This document shows positions 1 through 13,900 of a stretch of 64,000 bases of DNA, one piece after another. Origin of the DNA: Octopus sinensis (Eukaryota); assembly GCF_006345805.1 (NCBI RefSeq), contig NC_043016.1, forward strand, positions 21,080,001 through 21,144,000, given 5' to 3'. A program made the position numbers and the translations under genes. The notes under the pieces were generated by a model. It did no database searches and was not told where the DNA came from. It saw only the letters and a program-made list of their open reading frames with translations. Each line of letters begins with the position of its first letter. Positions within the stretch are counted from its first letter, which is position 1.

Positions 1-243
1 AAGGAAAAAAACCGATTATCAGGCTGATCTGCATATATGTACAGATACACATACATGGCATACACACACACAAGTTGAACTCGGTTATGATTTAAACTTT
101 TGACACAGATTTCTAACTGAGTTCTTTATTCTAAGTGACCTGATAACATTCTTTTGAGTTTGTTATCTATTATATATTTGTGTGCACATACACATACACA
201 TTCATGTATATTCACAGACACTGATGCATAGATGCACACTTAC

Positions 244-340
244 CTTGGACAGTACCCCAGGGATATTGCCTGGCCTTCACCATCTTGTTGCCAACCTTGA
301 CTTCATCATTACTACCGACAACAGCAAAAGGCAGATGACC
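244..340 (-). CDS. Septin coding exon 8 ([32 protein letters not shown])
   Basis: cag acceptor at 341-343, gtaagt donor at 243-238; 97 nt. Confidence 0.96.
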
Positions 341-3300
341 CTGTAATGAGTTGTATAGTACAATATTAATAATACTAATAATAATAACAACACACGTGAA
401 AAAATTAGTACCCATGAATATAACAGAACTCACAATGCACATTCTGCACAACCTTCAGACAAAACACAACACTAGAAAAAAAAAACAAAAAAAATGGATA
501 TAGCATATAAATGCAATTCTCCAGGTTCTAAAAACAATGCTGCACACTCCTTGGGCATCCAAAGGTGCACTAGGTGGTACAGTGGAAACTGACATGAAGG
601 TGTTGAAAATGAGATGTTAATAATAAGTATAACAAAAATTACAATATTAACAAAACACTTTCAGAAAGTTTTGAGTTTAAGATTATTGTAATAGTCAGCT
701 TTTTAGTATTATATTTAATCAAGCTTCAGGTGATTTCAACTATTACAGAAAGCTGAATGAAACTTGAATCATTCCCCTGTCATTCTGAAAAATTATCTAG
801 AAATATTAGCAAGAATATTTTCAGAATATTTTCCAATAAAGAAACAACTGTATAACTGAATTTTACAATAAGACTAAGGAAAAACACTTTTATAGGTAGG
901 GTCAATTACATTCTCCAATAAGCACACATAGCAATATATTTAGCATAAATTCCATAAAAGTTTTAATAAAAATAACTTTACAGTAAGTTATGCTTCTTCA
1001 TTAATCAGGATTGACAAGAAGAAACTGGTCCTGTCTACATGTTTCATTTCCTCAATACAATAGCTGCCAAAGAAATATATGCTTCCTAAATATCAAATAC
1101 TTTCAGAAGAGTGTTGTATACTGCACTAAGGTCACCACCAATAACAACAACTCAAAGTGCTACATAGGTGTCATTGAGAATAGTTGTAAATCCATATACT
1201 TAGCACATATGTTTAGATAAAACAATAAAAGAACCATATCAACACTCAATAAATGCATCTGAAATTTTAAACAAACTGTAAATATTGATTGGTTCATTAT
1301 TGAATCTGCTCCTACCTACATCAATGGTTAAGAGAAAAAATTGCCACTTTGCACATTAAAAAAAATCAGACATCATAACATCCACTTGTTAATTTTTTAT
1401 TGGAGTCAATTTCATACCCTACAAAGGGGTATGAAAAAAAAAGATCAGTTCTTTAAATAATCTACCAAATGATTTTGTACATATTTTCTTAAAATAACTT
1501 TAGATCGTGTCACACACTTGTCTTTACCAATGGATCTACTGTATTACTTTCCCATAATGCCTTTACCCTCCATTTCTTAGTATTTTCATCTCTTTCCTTG
1601 TAGATTGCAAGGTTATTTCAGTAGTGCCAGCACCACTTAAAACCAAACAAACAAATAACATTGTAAAGTGGTTGGCATCAGGAAAGTCATCAAACCATAG
1701 AACACATGCTGAAGCAAACACTGAAGCACAATGCAGTCTTCCAATTTGTCAAACCAGCCAACATGTGCCAGCTTCTTGGCAAACAAACATTAAATAATTA
1801 TTATGATGATGATAATTCATATCTGTGAATCTGTGGGTGTAGTTTTTACACATGTGAATTATACTTGTATGTTTATGGTGTTTAATTTCACTGAATTTTA
1901 ATAACTTTTTTTTTATCCTTTCCCCTTGCGAAAAAGGCAGATTTTTAAATCGATCAAGAGACACAACAGTATCAATTAATTTGATTAGGAAGAAACAGTT
2001 TACTAATCTGCAGAATTTTGAAATTCATTGGTACATTTGGAACAACCACCATACAGACATCAGCTCCAAAAAGTCACAAATAACACTGCCGTATAATTTG
2101 CATTCTCACTAGGTGCACCAAAGGGGAGGATGTAACTATACCTCAAATTCCACTCATGCCAACAGATATATCCTATTCATTTAGAAGACTTCAGACTCCA
2201 GAACAACTAAGCTTTGCTAAGTCCATCAATGAATCCCAGGAGCAAACACTGACAGCATCTTGAGGTATATTGTTTTGCTAATTGCCAATTTTTTTGCATG
2301 ATGCTAAAGTGTTGATAACCTCATTACCTCTATATTTACGAGAGTGTTAGTAAAAACTAGAAACATCTGAGTGTTTTGAGATGCTGACATGATATTCAGA
2401 ACAGCTAAAATTGTGATGGGTAAAGACCAGACAATTCATCATAACTCTTATGTCATTTCTTTATCACTACATGTATTGCAGTCTCAATATTGAAATATGT
2501 AGATTTACATACACACATATCTGCACACACATGTAAATATATATACATATATATATATATATACACAAATTGCTTAGCAAAATGTTCATTTTGAAAGACG
2601 AATAAAAAAAAATATTACTGAACAATGAGAAAATATATTTAGAAAAACACTTAGAAAACACAGGGCAAAATAAATTGAATTCTTTCATGTAGTGGAATTT
2701 TAAACTGAACAAATAATTGTACAAATCACTGCTAATGCAGCAATGAAATCCAAAATAGTACTTACATTCATGGCAGCATTCATTTCCTTCACAGTTTCAT
2801 CATCTACTGGAAACTGGTAAATCTGAACCCCGTTGTTACGCAGTTCAGTCATGATCTGAAAATATTGGGAGTATGATTGAGTGTCAATTCATGTGTGTGT
2901 GTGTGTGTGTGTGTATATAAACATACACACATAAATATACGTATATATTTATGTTTGTGTAAATTTTGCAACACAATATTTACATACTATTCTTTATAGC
3001 TTTAAGTCATGAACTTCAAGAACTAGAATTCCTAAACAAGGATTACTTCACATTTTCTGAGAAGTTTATAACATCCACATATGTATTTTATATACACCCA
3101 ACCCATTACATATACATAAATAACAACTTAACCTCTAAAGCATTCATTGACAACAATGAAGCCTCTATAAAATATTTTATGAATTATTTTCATTGTCTTA
3201 GTAAATTTCAAGATGTAAACATATACTGCATATACAAAATTTTAAGTATTGTAGAGCTGAGTCAAGTTGTTATTAAATAGTTAAAATGAGAACTAAATGA

Positions 3301-6300
3301 TTTCATGTGTTCACACTTATACAAGCTCATATATACACAAATAGAACAAAAATCAAAAATCCCCCCCCCCCAAAAAAAAGATGGTAGTGGCAGAGAATCC
3401 TACCTTGGATTTGAATTTATGAAGCTCAACCTTGGTAATTGTATCAGCCTTTGCTATGACAGGAATTATGTTCACCTTGTTATCCAGTTGTTTCATAGTG
3501 ACCAGATCCAAAGCTTTAAGTCTAAAGACAAAAAAAATATATAAGATTTATTTTAGTAGTTTGTTCAAAAATTACTGATGCATTAGTTATACAGAAAGAT
3601 ATGCACACACACACAAAGATGTATATCATCATCATCCTTTTAATGTCCACTTCACCATGATAGCATGGGTCAGACAGAATTTGATGGGACACATTTGATG
3701 TTCTTCCTGTTAACAAACCTTATCTATTTCTGAGCAAGGCAGGTTTTCCACAGAAAACTGGAAATGAACACCATCATTTGTAGGAGTATTACAGATTAGA
3801 TACATCACATGATGTCAAGACTAAGAGACATGCACAACAGGCTATCAGTTTCTCAGTTTCTACCTACCAAATCCACCCACACAGCTCTAGTCAGACCAAG
3901 ATTATAGAAGAGACTTGCCAAAAATCCCACACTGAATTGATCAAACCAGGGACCTCATAATTGTGAGGCATGCTTCTTCACACCTGGCTTTGCTTGTGCC
4001 CAAACACATGCATGCACGCATGCGTGCGCACATACACCACCCACACACATAGATATCTGCAATAACTTCAGATATATATATATAATGCATATTTATAAAC
4101 CCATATAACCACATTTATAACAAACTATCAAAACTTACGAATGCCCAGTTGGGGCAATGAAGTAGAGGCAGAGGTGAATCCTTGAGTCATGGTAAGTATC
4201 AAGTGAACGCTTGATTTTCAGCTCCTCTTGGAGATATGACTCAAACTGGGCATCAGTATAGTCGACAATTGGTTTCCAGCTAAAAGTAAGAGGGAGAAGA
4301 AGGAAAAGCAGAAGTTAAAGCTTAAGTGATAATAATTATAATCAAATAGCAGCGAAAGAGGATAGATTGAGTGCATGTTAGAAAAAGAGAGTTGTAACTT
4401 TAAATGGAGACACACAAGACAAAGGTAGATACAATTAGGTGAACACATGACAGGTTTCTTTCAGTTTCTGCTTGGCAAATCAGTTCACAAGGCACTGATC
4501 AACCCATCAAGTGGAACTGAACCTAAAACCAGAGTTGGGAAGTGAACTTTTCAACCACATAGTTATGCTTTACTAATACTTTAAAATAATAATCTCAATT
4601 TAAGTAATAAAATGTTAATCAAAGAGAAAGAAAGAGTATGGAAGATAAGAATGTGAACAGCGGAATTTAAAGGAGTGAAATGGATTTTAAAGAAATGGAA
4701 TGGAAGTTAATGAAGCAGTGGCCCAAATTAGTTCTGAGAGAGCTGACACATGGCACGTAGACAATTCACTAGTAACTGTAGCAAATCGCCAAGTCTATGT
4801 AGATTTTCTCAAATTGAGTACCATGAGAATCTCATTTTCTCTTTCTAACCAATACATATATAACCTTCACATATCACAACAAAATACACATAATAGTCAT
4901 GATATAGCTATTGCTCTAGATATAGAGTACCTACATCTATTGAGGATAATATTGGAAATTCTGATAGTGGTTTACTATATATGATGCAGAAATATATTTT
5001 TTCTGCTGTTTAGTTTATTTCCATATGCATATAGATTTTGATGATGGCTGCAGTAGCAAAGTGAATATGATCAAAGCATGATACTAGCTGTTCTACACAT
5101 TAAAGATGGTGTACATCTAGTTAATGTGTTAGACAGATGACAGCAGTGATACTGATACAATTTTTGTATGCAAGGGCTTTTTGTTTTGTTTGTCTGAGCT
5201 ACAGAAGATTGATAGTGATTTTAGAGTGGTGATTTTGGACAGTATGCAGAGAGTGTAAGGGTTTAATTTGTTGGGTAATAAACTGTACACCTGACATGAC
5301 CAGCTGAACTTTCATTTTCATTTTGCCATGTTATGTAAGTGAAGTTTGTAAGCAGTAACTGTTGACATGAGGTGCATTTTTTTTTTATGTATTATTTGTA
5401 AACAAGTGTTGTTGCTTTCTGTTAATCAAATGTGATGACTGTGGGTGCTCCAAGGATGGTTGTGTTTTGTTTTCTTTACAATATTGTCAATATTATATAA
5501 AGTATTAGTATTTGTATCTTGTGTGCACGATATGTTATGTCTGATAGTTTGCTGTAGTAGATACAGCTAGTGTTTCAAAAGATTTGGTAGCTGCCATTTT
5601 AAGCCTACAGTTGTGGAGCCATGTTTCTATGTGACTGATGTAGGTTGGAGTAGTTTTGCAGCTGTCTCCAGAAAAAGTATGGAAGATGTGTATATTCTAT
5701 TGTGGTGTATGTGTGAAGGTTGTGTAGGAATAGGCTAGAAAGAGAGAATAAGATTTTCATGCTATATGATTAGAGAAAATCTAAATTCACAATGTGTTGT
5801 TATATACCACATAGGCTTAGTGGTTTGCTAGACAGTGTTTTGTAGAACTGCTTAGCCCCAAATCAACCCTGACTGAGCAGATTTATCAAAGGGGATTGCA
5901 ACTCACCTGTCTTCCTTATTGATTTGGTCCCCAAACCCAACTGTGTCCACAACAGTCAGCTTCAGTCTCACGTTGCTCTCCTGAAGTTCTGAAAATGAAG
6001 AACACATAGCAATGAAGCTTAACCAGATTAACAAATAAGCAATATAATGAAGTTAAGAATATAGAGAAGGAATTACAATTTCTAAAATGAAAAAAATTAA
6101 GATTCTAAAAAATAAATTCAACCCTTTTGTTACCAACCCACCTGAAACTGCATGAAAATCTTGTCCCACATTACCAAACCACCTTAAGTGACCAATTCAT
6201 ATTTAAATAAGAATTTCAGTGCAAATCTCATTAAAACATATGTGAAAACACATGATTTCACAATTGAGTTTTGGGAAATTTTTTTCCAGATTTTTCTGCA

Positions 6301-9300
6301 TTTTGATTTTCTAGCAAAATGTATGAAGAACATACAAAACTACTTGTGTGATTTTGAATCAGATATTTCAGTTTCTGAAAGTGAAATGATTCTGAGAACA
6401 ATTCTGGTAGCAATAAAAAAATAAACAAAACAAATGAATTTGTACCTGATTGTAGAATGAATCTGAAAACTGTTTTTCTTAGTTACTTTTAGAAAGAGAC
6501 TAAATCTAGTTACAGTCCTTCCAAGTAAACAAAACCATTAGATTATATATTTTATTTTTTCCTTTTTGTCTGAAGCAATTACTGCAGAAATGAATTATGC
6601 AGAACATAAACAAGAAAGAAAAAAATCCAAGTATTTTAAGGAATATTGTGTGTGTGTGTGTTTGTGTGTGTAATTTGATTTATAATGCTTTTTTCAAATT
6701 TACCTTGTTTTTATTTACCTGCTAGGTGTATGACAAATTTTAATTAATTTGTATTATGAATCATTTTTTTAAAAGTTTCTGTGTATTATTAATGTATGAA
6801 TATGAATTTAATTCATTCAGTTGATGGCTTATTTAATATTCTAGATTTCTTGAGATAAATTTCAGTTATATGCGCGATTCTTCAATATTAAAATTTTGTT
6901 GTATACCATTGAATATTAGCTAACTTATTTTCTATGCAGATGTTTAAACAAAATTTAAATGATTTTATATTTTGTTTAAAACTCATTTTTAAATTGCATT
7001 CTAGAAAATCACAAAAGTTAGAAAGAATTTTTGGTTATAATGATCTCAGTATACACTAGCCATTTATTTATCAATGTTGGAAGAATGGAAAGCAAAATCA
7101 AATGCAAAGGTATTCAAACTCAGTATGTAAGATGCTATAACTAAATATTCAAGGCATTTTGTTCAATGCATATCCAATTATTATATATAGGAAATCTGTT
7201 TATATAATATATATGTGTGTGTGTGATTATATACACACACAATTCACATGTTCAATAATACACACCATAGGTATTAGACTTCAGCTTGACTCCAGGAAGG
7301 TCATGTGTGCTTTGAGTAGAGTCAAAACTTGTGTTGAACAAGGTGTCCATCAGGGTAGACTTCCCAATTCCTGTTTCACCTGTAAAACAAAAAAGAAAAT
7401 AAAATGATATATATACATATTACATCTAGAAACACATTTATTAGATGAATAAATGAATATATAAATCACTACACACACACATATAAGTAAAACCTACAAA
7501 CACACACACCCCACTCTTTACTAGTTTTAAGCCACTGAACAGAATCCATGCAGGGAATAACACTTTAAAAAGTATAGCTGTTAGAGATGTAATCAAAACT
7601 GACAATTACCATGACGCACCTCTAATTCCACTCAATAAACCATCACATACGTCTGTCTGTCTGTGTGCACATATATATATAATAATAGTAATCCTTTCCA
7701 CTATCGGCACAAGGTCCAAAATTTGTGGAGAGGGGGTAAATCAATTATATCGACCCCAGTATTTCATAAGAACTTAATTTATCAACCCTAAAAGGATGAA
7801 AGGTAAAGTTTAATAATAATAATAATGATGATTTCAAATTTTTCCACATTTTGGTGGAGGAGATGAGTCGATTACATCGACCCCAGTGCCAAACTGGTAC
7901 TTATTTTATCGACCCTGAAAGGATGAAAGGTGAAGTCTCCTGGTGGAATCTGAACACAGAACGGAGTGACAAGCAAATACCACCAAGCATTTTGTCCAGT
8001 ATGCTAATGATTCTTAGAGAATTAGCCTGATACAATGTGTAACAAAACAGGCTGGTAAGCTTCCAAGCAGTTTCTTTCTGCCCAATTTAACTCAACAGAC
8101 AGCAGAACTGGGTAGATTTGAAGCTAAGATAAAAAAATACTTACTGAAGATGGGACACAATATTATTGAGCCTAGAATGTTATATACACACACACACACA
8201 CAAAATAAAGGAAACAAGTACATACCCAGACACAAGATATTGAAACAAAATCCTTGAGCAACGGATTCTTTCACCAGTTGATCAGGGAGACTGTCAAAGC
8301 CAACATGTCCATTCAGGTGTAGATTGCGTAGCTGGGGTAACTGGGCATCAATAGCCGGCTGTTTAAGAGAAGGGTATAGGAAATTTTAAACATTGATAGA
8401 AAACATGATGGAATGATTTGTTGTGGAATTTTGTAATGGGGTGTGTGTAGAATGATTGTATAGCCATGAGGGAATGTGTGCATTGTGTTTTGAGTGATAT
8501 AAGGTGATCATATTTGAGTTGTGAAAGAATGTGTTGTGAAGAATGACAAAGGAAAGTAAAAGATAAATAACAGTTACAAAATTATAAATATATATATATT
8601 TTGAACATTAAAAGGCAGCATTGTGTGGAGGTGTGTGTGTGTGTATGTATGTATGTATATATATATATATATATATACATACATACATACACATATACAC
8701 GTGTATGTATTGACATATTGCATATTATAGAAACAGAGTAGAAAGTCTAAAAACAACGCAAAGAATAAAACATCGTTTTAATCTACATCTTACAATTTGA
8801 TTTCAAAAAGTTTCTTTTTAAAAAGCATACAACAATTAAGAGTCTTTGTCAAAAGCTAAATAAAGACCAATTAAAAATTTCTATTACACACAAATATGTA
8901 AATACACACACATGTATATATACATATACAGATATATGTGCATACATATAGCTTTCCTGCAGCTTTCATCTTCCTAACACCCATTCCTACATCACTCGTG
9001 TGATTATATGAGAGCAGAACTGCGCATATTTATCCCCTTTTGTATTCCAGTTATCCCTTTCCTTAGAACCACTTCCTCTTGTAATCCATCCTTCATTCTC
9101 ATTATCATTCCTTTCCACTTTATTTTCTATTCATGACCCCACACTGTGCCACTAGTTCTGTTTTTTTCTTTTAGCTACATCTTATGACAGTCATATTCCA
9201 TCATCAACACTCTCTCACATCTGCTATTGATGTCTCCTCCCACTTTTGTTCATCTCTCCTTGTACCCATCCCAATATACCTCTAACTTTCATCTCTGTCA

Positions 9301-10913
9301 CTATTTCTCTTTCCTACTCCACACGTCATCTTCCTGTTCCTCATCCATCTAGTGGTATAGTGCTGCTTTCCACCCTTTCTGAATCGCTACTTATCACCTA
9401 CTTCACATGCAATTTGTAAGTTTCTCACATTCATCTCTACTTACATGATATTTACAAACAACCACATCTCCATACTTCTTCACTAATCACTGTATTCACC
9501 TACCATATCTAACCATCTCTCACATTCCCTACACTTATATATTAATTTCCTTGCACCTTAAGAATATTCTCTGACAGTCTTTAGAACTCAAATGGCATGT
9601 CTGTTGGTTTGATTAGAAATTCTTGGAATGAAAACCTCTTCCCCAAAGGCACATCCAGTGATGATGGTAGCTTCTATCGCATTAGACAATAATGTATTCT
9701 CAATCAACCTTGTCCCATTGCATAATTTAGGAGGATCTAAATTTCTCAGAAGCATTATTGGGACTCCTACCTTCAGGAAAAGTTTGTGGAAGAGTTCCAG
9801 GTGGCTCAAGAGAATTAAGGAACTCTATTGGGTAATGGACAACTTGATTTTCATCAAGGTCTGAATCAATTGATTTGTACTTCTTAATGACTGTTGGAAT
9901 CTTATTCCTTAATTCATGGTTAATCCTTACTATTGTGTCCTTGCTATAGGTGTGAAGACTTAATGCACGCTTTTATTTCATCAGATCTTGTTGTCCTGCA
10001 AGGTCTTACCAAGAGCTTCCATTGCACATCTATGTGGCATGGTGCATTCATCCCAAATGATAAGGTGACATTGGCATAACACTTCTGCTGAACCTAAATC
10101 TTTGCTTATGTTACAAATTCGACTGTCATTTGTGACCAGGTCTGGTGGTACTTCAAAAGCAGAATGAGCTGTTCGTCCTCCTGGGAGAATGGTGGCAGGA
10201 AAGCCAGACAATGGTACAGCAACTGCAATTCTTATTTGTTACCTTACCTTGGAGAGAAGTATTGGGAACTTTTTAGTTATCGCACCCTCATTAAAAAATT
10301 TGGTTATCTCCCTCAACTGCAAAAACTGTTTAACCCTCAAAAAACAAATGTAAAGATGAAACATCTTATTGAATCTGATATATTTATAACAAATTATACA
10401 AAACTGAAAGAATTAAACATCTTACTGAATCTGATAGCCTTTTTATAACAAATCGTGCCATGCCTATTGAAGAGGCAAAACCTCAACAATGTGTTGAAGT
10501 ATTGAATCAAAAGAATCTCTTCTATCCAATCTGTAGACGCCACATAAACTCAATTTTTTAGTGGGCAAATAACCCAGTTTTATATTGGCAATTTTTTTTA
10601 TGGGGTGAGATAACCAAAAAGTACCAAGCAATGTTATAAACGTTTTACCTGTGCCACTAGGGGTATCAAGAAATAATTCCTCCGCATTTTTTTTCTGGCG
10701 ATTGTGGAACGCCACACACTGCGGAACGCCACACACTGTGGAACGCCGCACACACGCATACACACACATATAGGACATGTGTGTGTGTGTGTATGTGAGA
10801 GAGAGAGAGAGCGAGTGAAGGGGTGTGTTGTCATGCATACATACATAAATAAGCATATATCTTTCTTGTACATATGCGTGCGTATGTGTGTGAGAGTGCC
10901 ACTTAGACATCAC

Positions 10914-10948
<35 letters not shown>

Positions 10949-13900
10949 AACGCACACAGAAAAAAAAGATGTGTGCATATGTATCTGTGTATGTACGCAT
11001 ACATGACAACGACTAACTACAAATACATAAAGCTGAACAGGACGTACAAAAGAAAATAATTTTTTACGGAAATGAACTAAGTGTGCGAGTTGGGAACGAA
11101 GTCAAACCTGGAGGGTGTGTGTGTGAGAGAGAGAGACAGAGAGACAGAAAGAGAGAGAGAGACAGAAAGAGAGCATTGCAAACAATGAATGAGACAAACA
11201 AGGAATGAAAAAAATCTTTTAATTAAAAGCACGTTAAAAACTATCTTGTACCAAATATCTAATTTTGTGAACTTCGTAAATGTTTCTTTCGGTAATTCAT
11301 CATAGTTGTTTACAAATAGCAAACATTAAAATAGCGAGCAAGAGACCTCGCCGTTTTTACGTCAATACCGGAAGTAGATATTGAGAAAACCTTTTTAAAG
11401 AAGTGAATCATAAATATAAAGTAATATTTTATTTCTTTTGTTTTTAAATCAAACGAAGACCCTACTATATGTCCGAAGTCAAATTATTCGTGCATCAGAA
11501 GTATGGAAGTAATTGGTGAAGCCGTTTTCCCGTGAAAAGCAAATACACACACACACATCTCCATTTTATATATTAGAAGATAGAAGATATCTACAAGTTG
11601 TTTCAAGAAATTTGATAGCATTTTGCAATCTAGTAACATTGCCAGTTCTTGTTCAAATGTTAACAGCATGCGTAGAAACAGGTCAAAATTTTATGCTTAA
11701 TATGCTTGTCTTTTCAGGTATAGAAATGGCATTCACTGGAAGAGAAAAGCATTTTGTGTGTTGGAATATGCTCAAACACAGTTGAACAAGACTGTGCTGC
11801 ATGCATTTGTTCTCTAAAAAGTCACCAACAGCAATGCAGATTTGGACATGGCACAAAAAGATTCAAAGAGAAAGGCTGTCTGTGCAGGGCAACCACTAAC
11901 ATCGGAGCAGACCTGGATGACCACTAATATCTGAAGAGATCTGGAAAACCACTAACATTGAAAGATATGGTTGAGCGGGTTCACCAAAAATTTTTGCAAA
12001 GCCCCAAGAAGTCCAAAAGAGGCACAAGTCTGGAAACCCAGATGCTTCCAACGACAGTTTGGCAAGACCCGAGGAAAGGCTTGCTAATGAAACCCTACAA
12101 GCTGCAGCGCATTCAGGCCATAATGGCAGATGACAAGCGAAAGCGCAAACAATTCTGTGTTGATATGCAAAAGAAACTTGAAGAAGCTGAGTTCAAGGAA
12201 CATTTTGATTTCAGTGATGAGGCCACATTTCATATGAATGGCAAAGTCAATAAGCATAATGTCTGCATTTGGGGCAAAAAATCTCCATGTACAGTTGAGC
12301 ATGAGAGGGATACACCAAAAGTGAATGTGTTCTACGCCATCTCCAAGAAGCATCTTCATGGCCCATTTTTCTTGAGGAAAATGAGACCAGCAATGTGAAA
12401 TTGTTCATGGAATCCACATACCTTTGAATTTCTCATTCAAATTTGGAGGAATAAATCTTATGTTGCACAACATTACGTTTGTTTAGTTTCATTTGCTTTG
12501 ACTATGTAGTGTCTGTGATATTTATGTCTCAAATGATATCAAAGTTTTTGAAATAACCTGTATACACACACATGCATACAAAGTGCATTAAAAAAAAAAT
12601 CAACTATTTTTCCCTGCCAAAACTTCTGCCATGTGGGCAAAATCCTTTGGATGGGAGATGACACCCACCACCCTTCCTGTGCATGCATGAAAGTTTTCAC
12701 ACTAGTAGGCTGTGTCAGTTCCCAGCTGTTACGTCTAGAGTACAAATGTGTAGAGCACATTTGTTTCACCAAATGCATTGAGTAGAGATATTGCATCAAG
12801 TTTTGCCAAAAGCCTGGTGGTACTTAAGCTCAAACCACCCAGAAGATTCAGCAGGCCTTTGGCAATAATACCATGAGCAAAACTCAGATCAAGGAGTGAT
12901 ACAACTGCTACAAACATGGTCGCACCTCAGTGGAGAGGGAGGCAGGGCCATCCATAAGCTGCGATGAGAAGCCAATTGAGAAGGTTTGACCAATAGTCAT
13001 GGAAGCCTATTGTGTAACAATCTAGAAAATTGGTCATGAAGTGGGAATAAGAACAGCATCAGCGAATTCCATTTTAATGGAGGATTTGTGCATGTGAAGA
13101 GTGGAAACCACTCAGGAGATGCTAGACTGCGCAAACCACCCAGCATTCATGAAAACCATCATTACTGGTGAAGACACATGGGTTTATGGTCTTTACTCGA
13201 TGTGTTCAGTCATCTTGATTGAAAACAAAAATTTAACAAGTGTGCACTACAATTCTGTATTCGAGGCATAACAGCCAGGAACTGACTAGGCTTATTGGCA
13301 CCAAAATTTTCACACGTGCAGGAAGGATAGTGTTGCCTCTCACCCAAAGGATTTTGCCCATGCAACATTAGTTTTGGTGGGAGTGAAAAAAATAAAGCTG
13401 GATACTTTTTGAATGCATCTCATATACACACATATCTATAGACATATATGAATGCATATATACACACATCCGCAAATATATGTGCCTGCACATATTCATA
13501 CAGACACACAAATACCGACATCAAATAACATACAACATAAATCTTTGATTATTAAAATTATCTTCACCTCTAGGTGACAACAAGAACACAACCTGAGAAG
13601 GGGAGATAATCTCCAGATTCAAAAAATTCTTCAAAACTGACACACACACACACACACACACACACACTGAAGAAAAAGAACTTGTCTGGAGATAAGTTGA
13701 CATTTGTGGACGTGTTTCTGCTTCAATAGACATCATCAGCACAATAATCGTCCAACCCTATCTCCAGTAGTCAAGGGACTTTGGCTTATACAAAGAGCAG
13801 AACACATTTATGCCATAGGCATTGTATATTTTAAACATATGTTGACACACATTTATGCACACAACTATATATATATATATATATATATGCATGTATGTAT

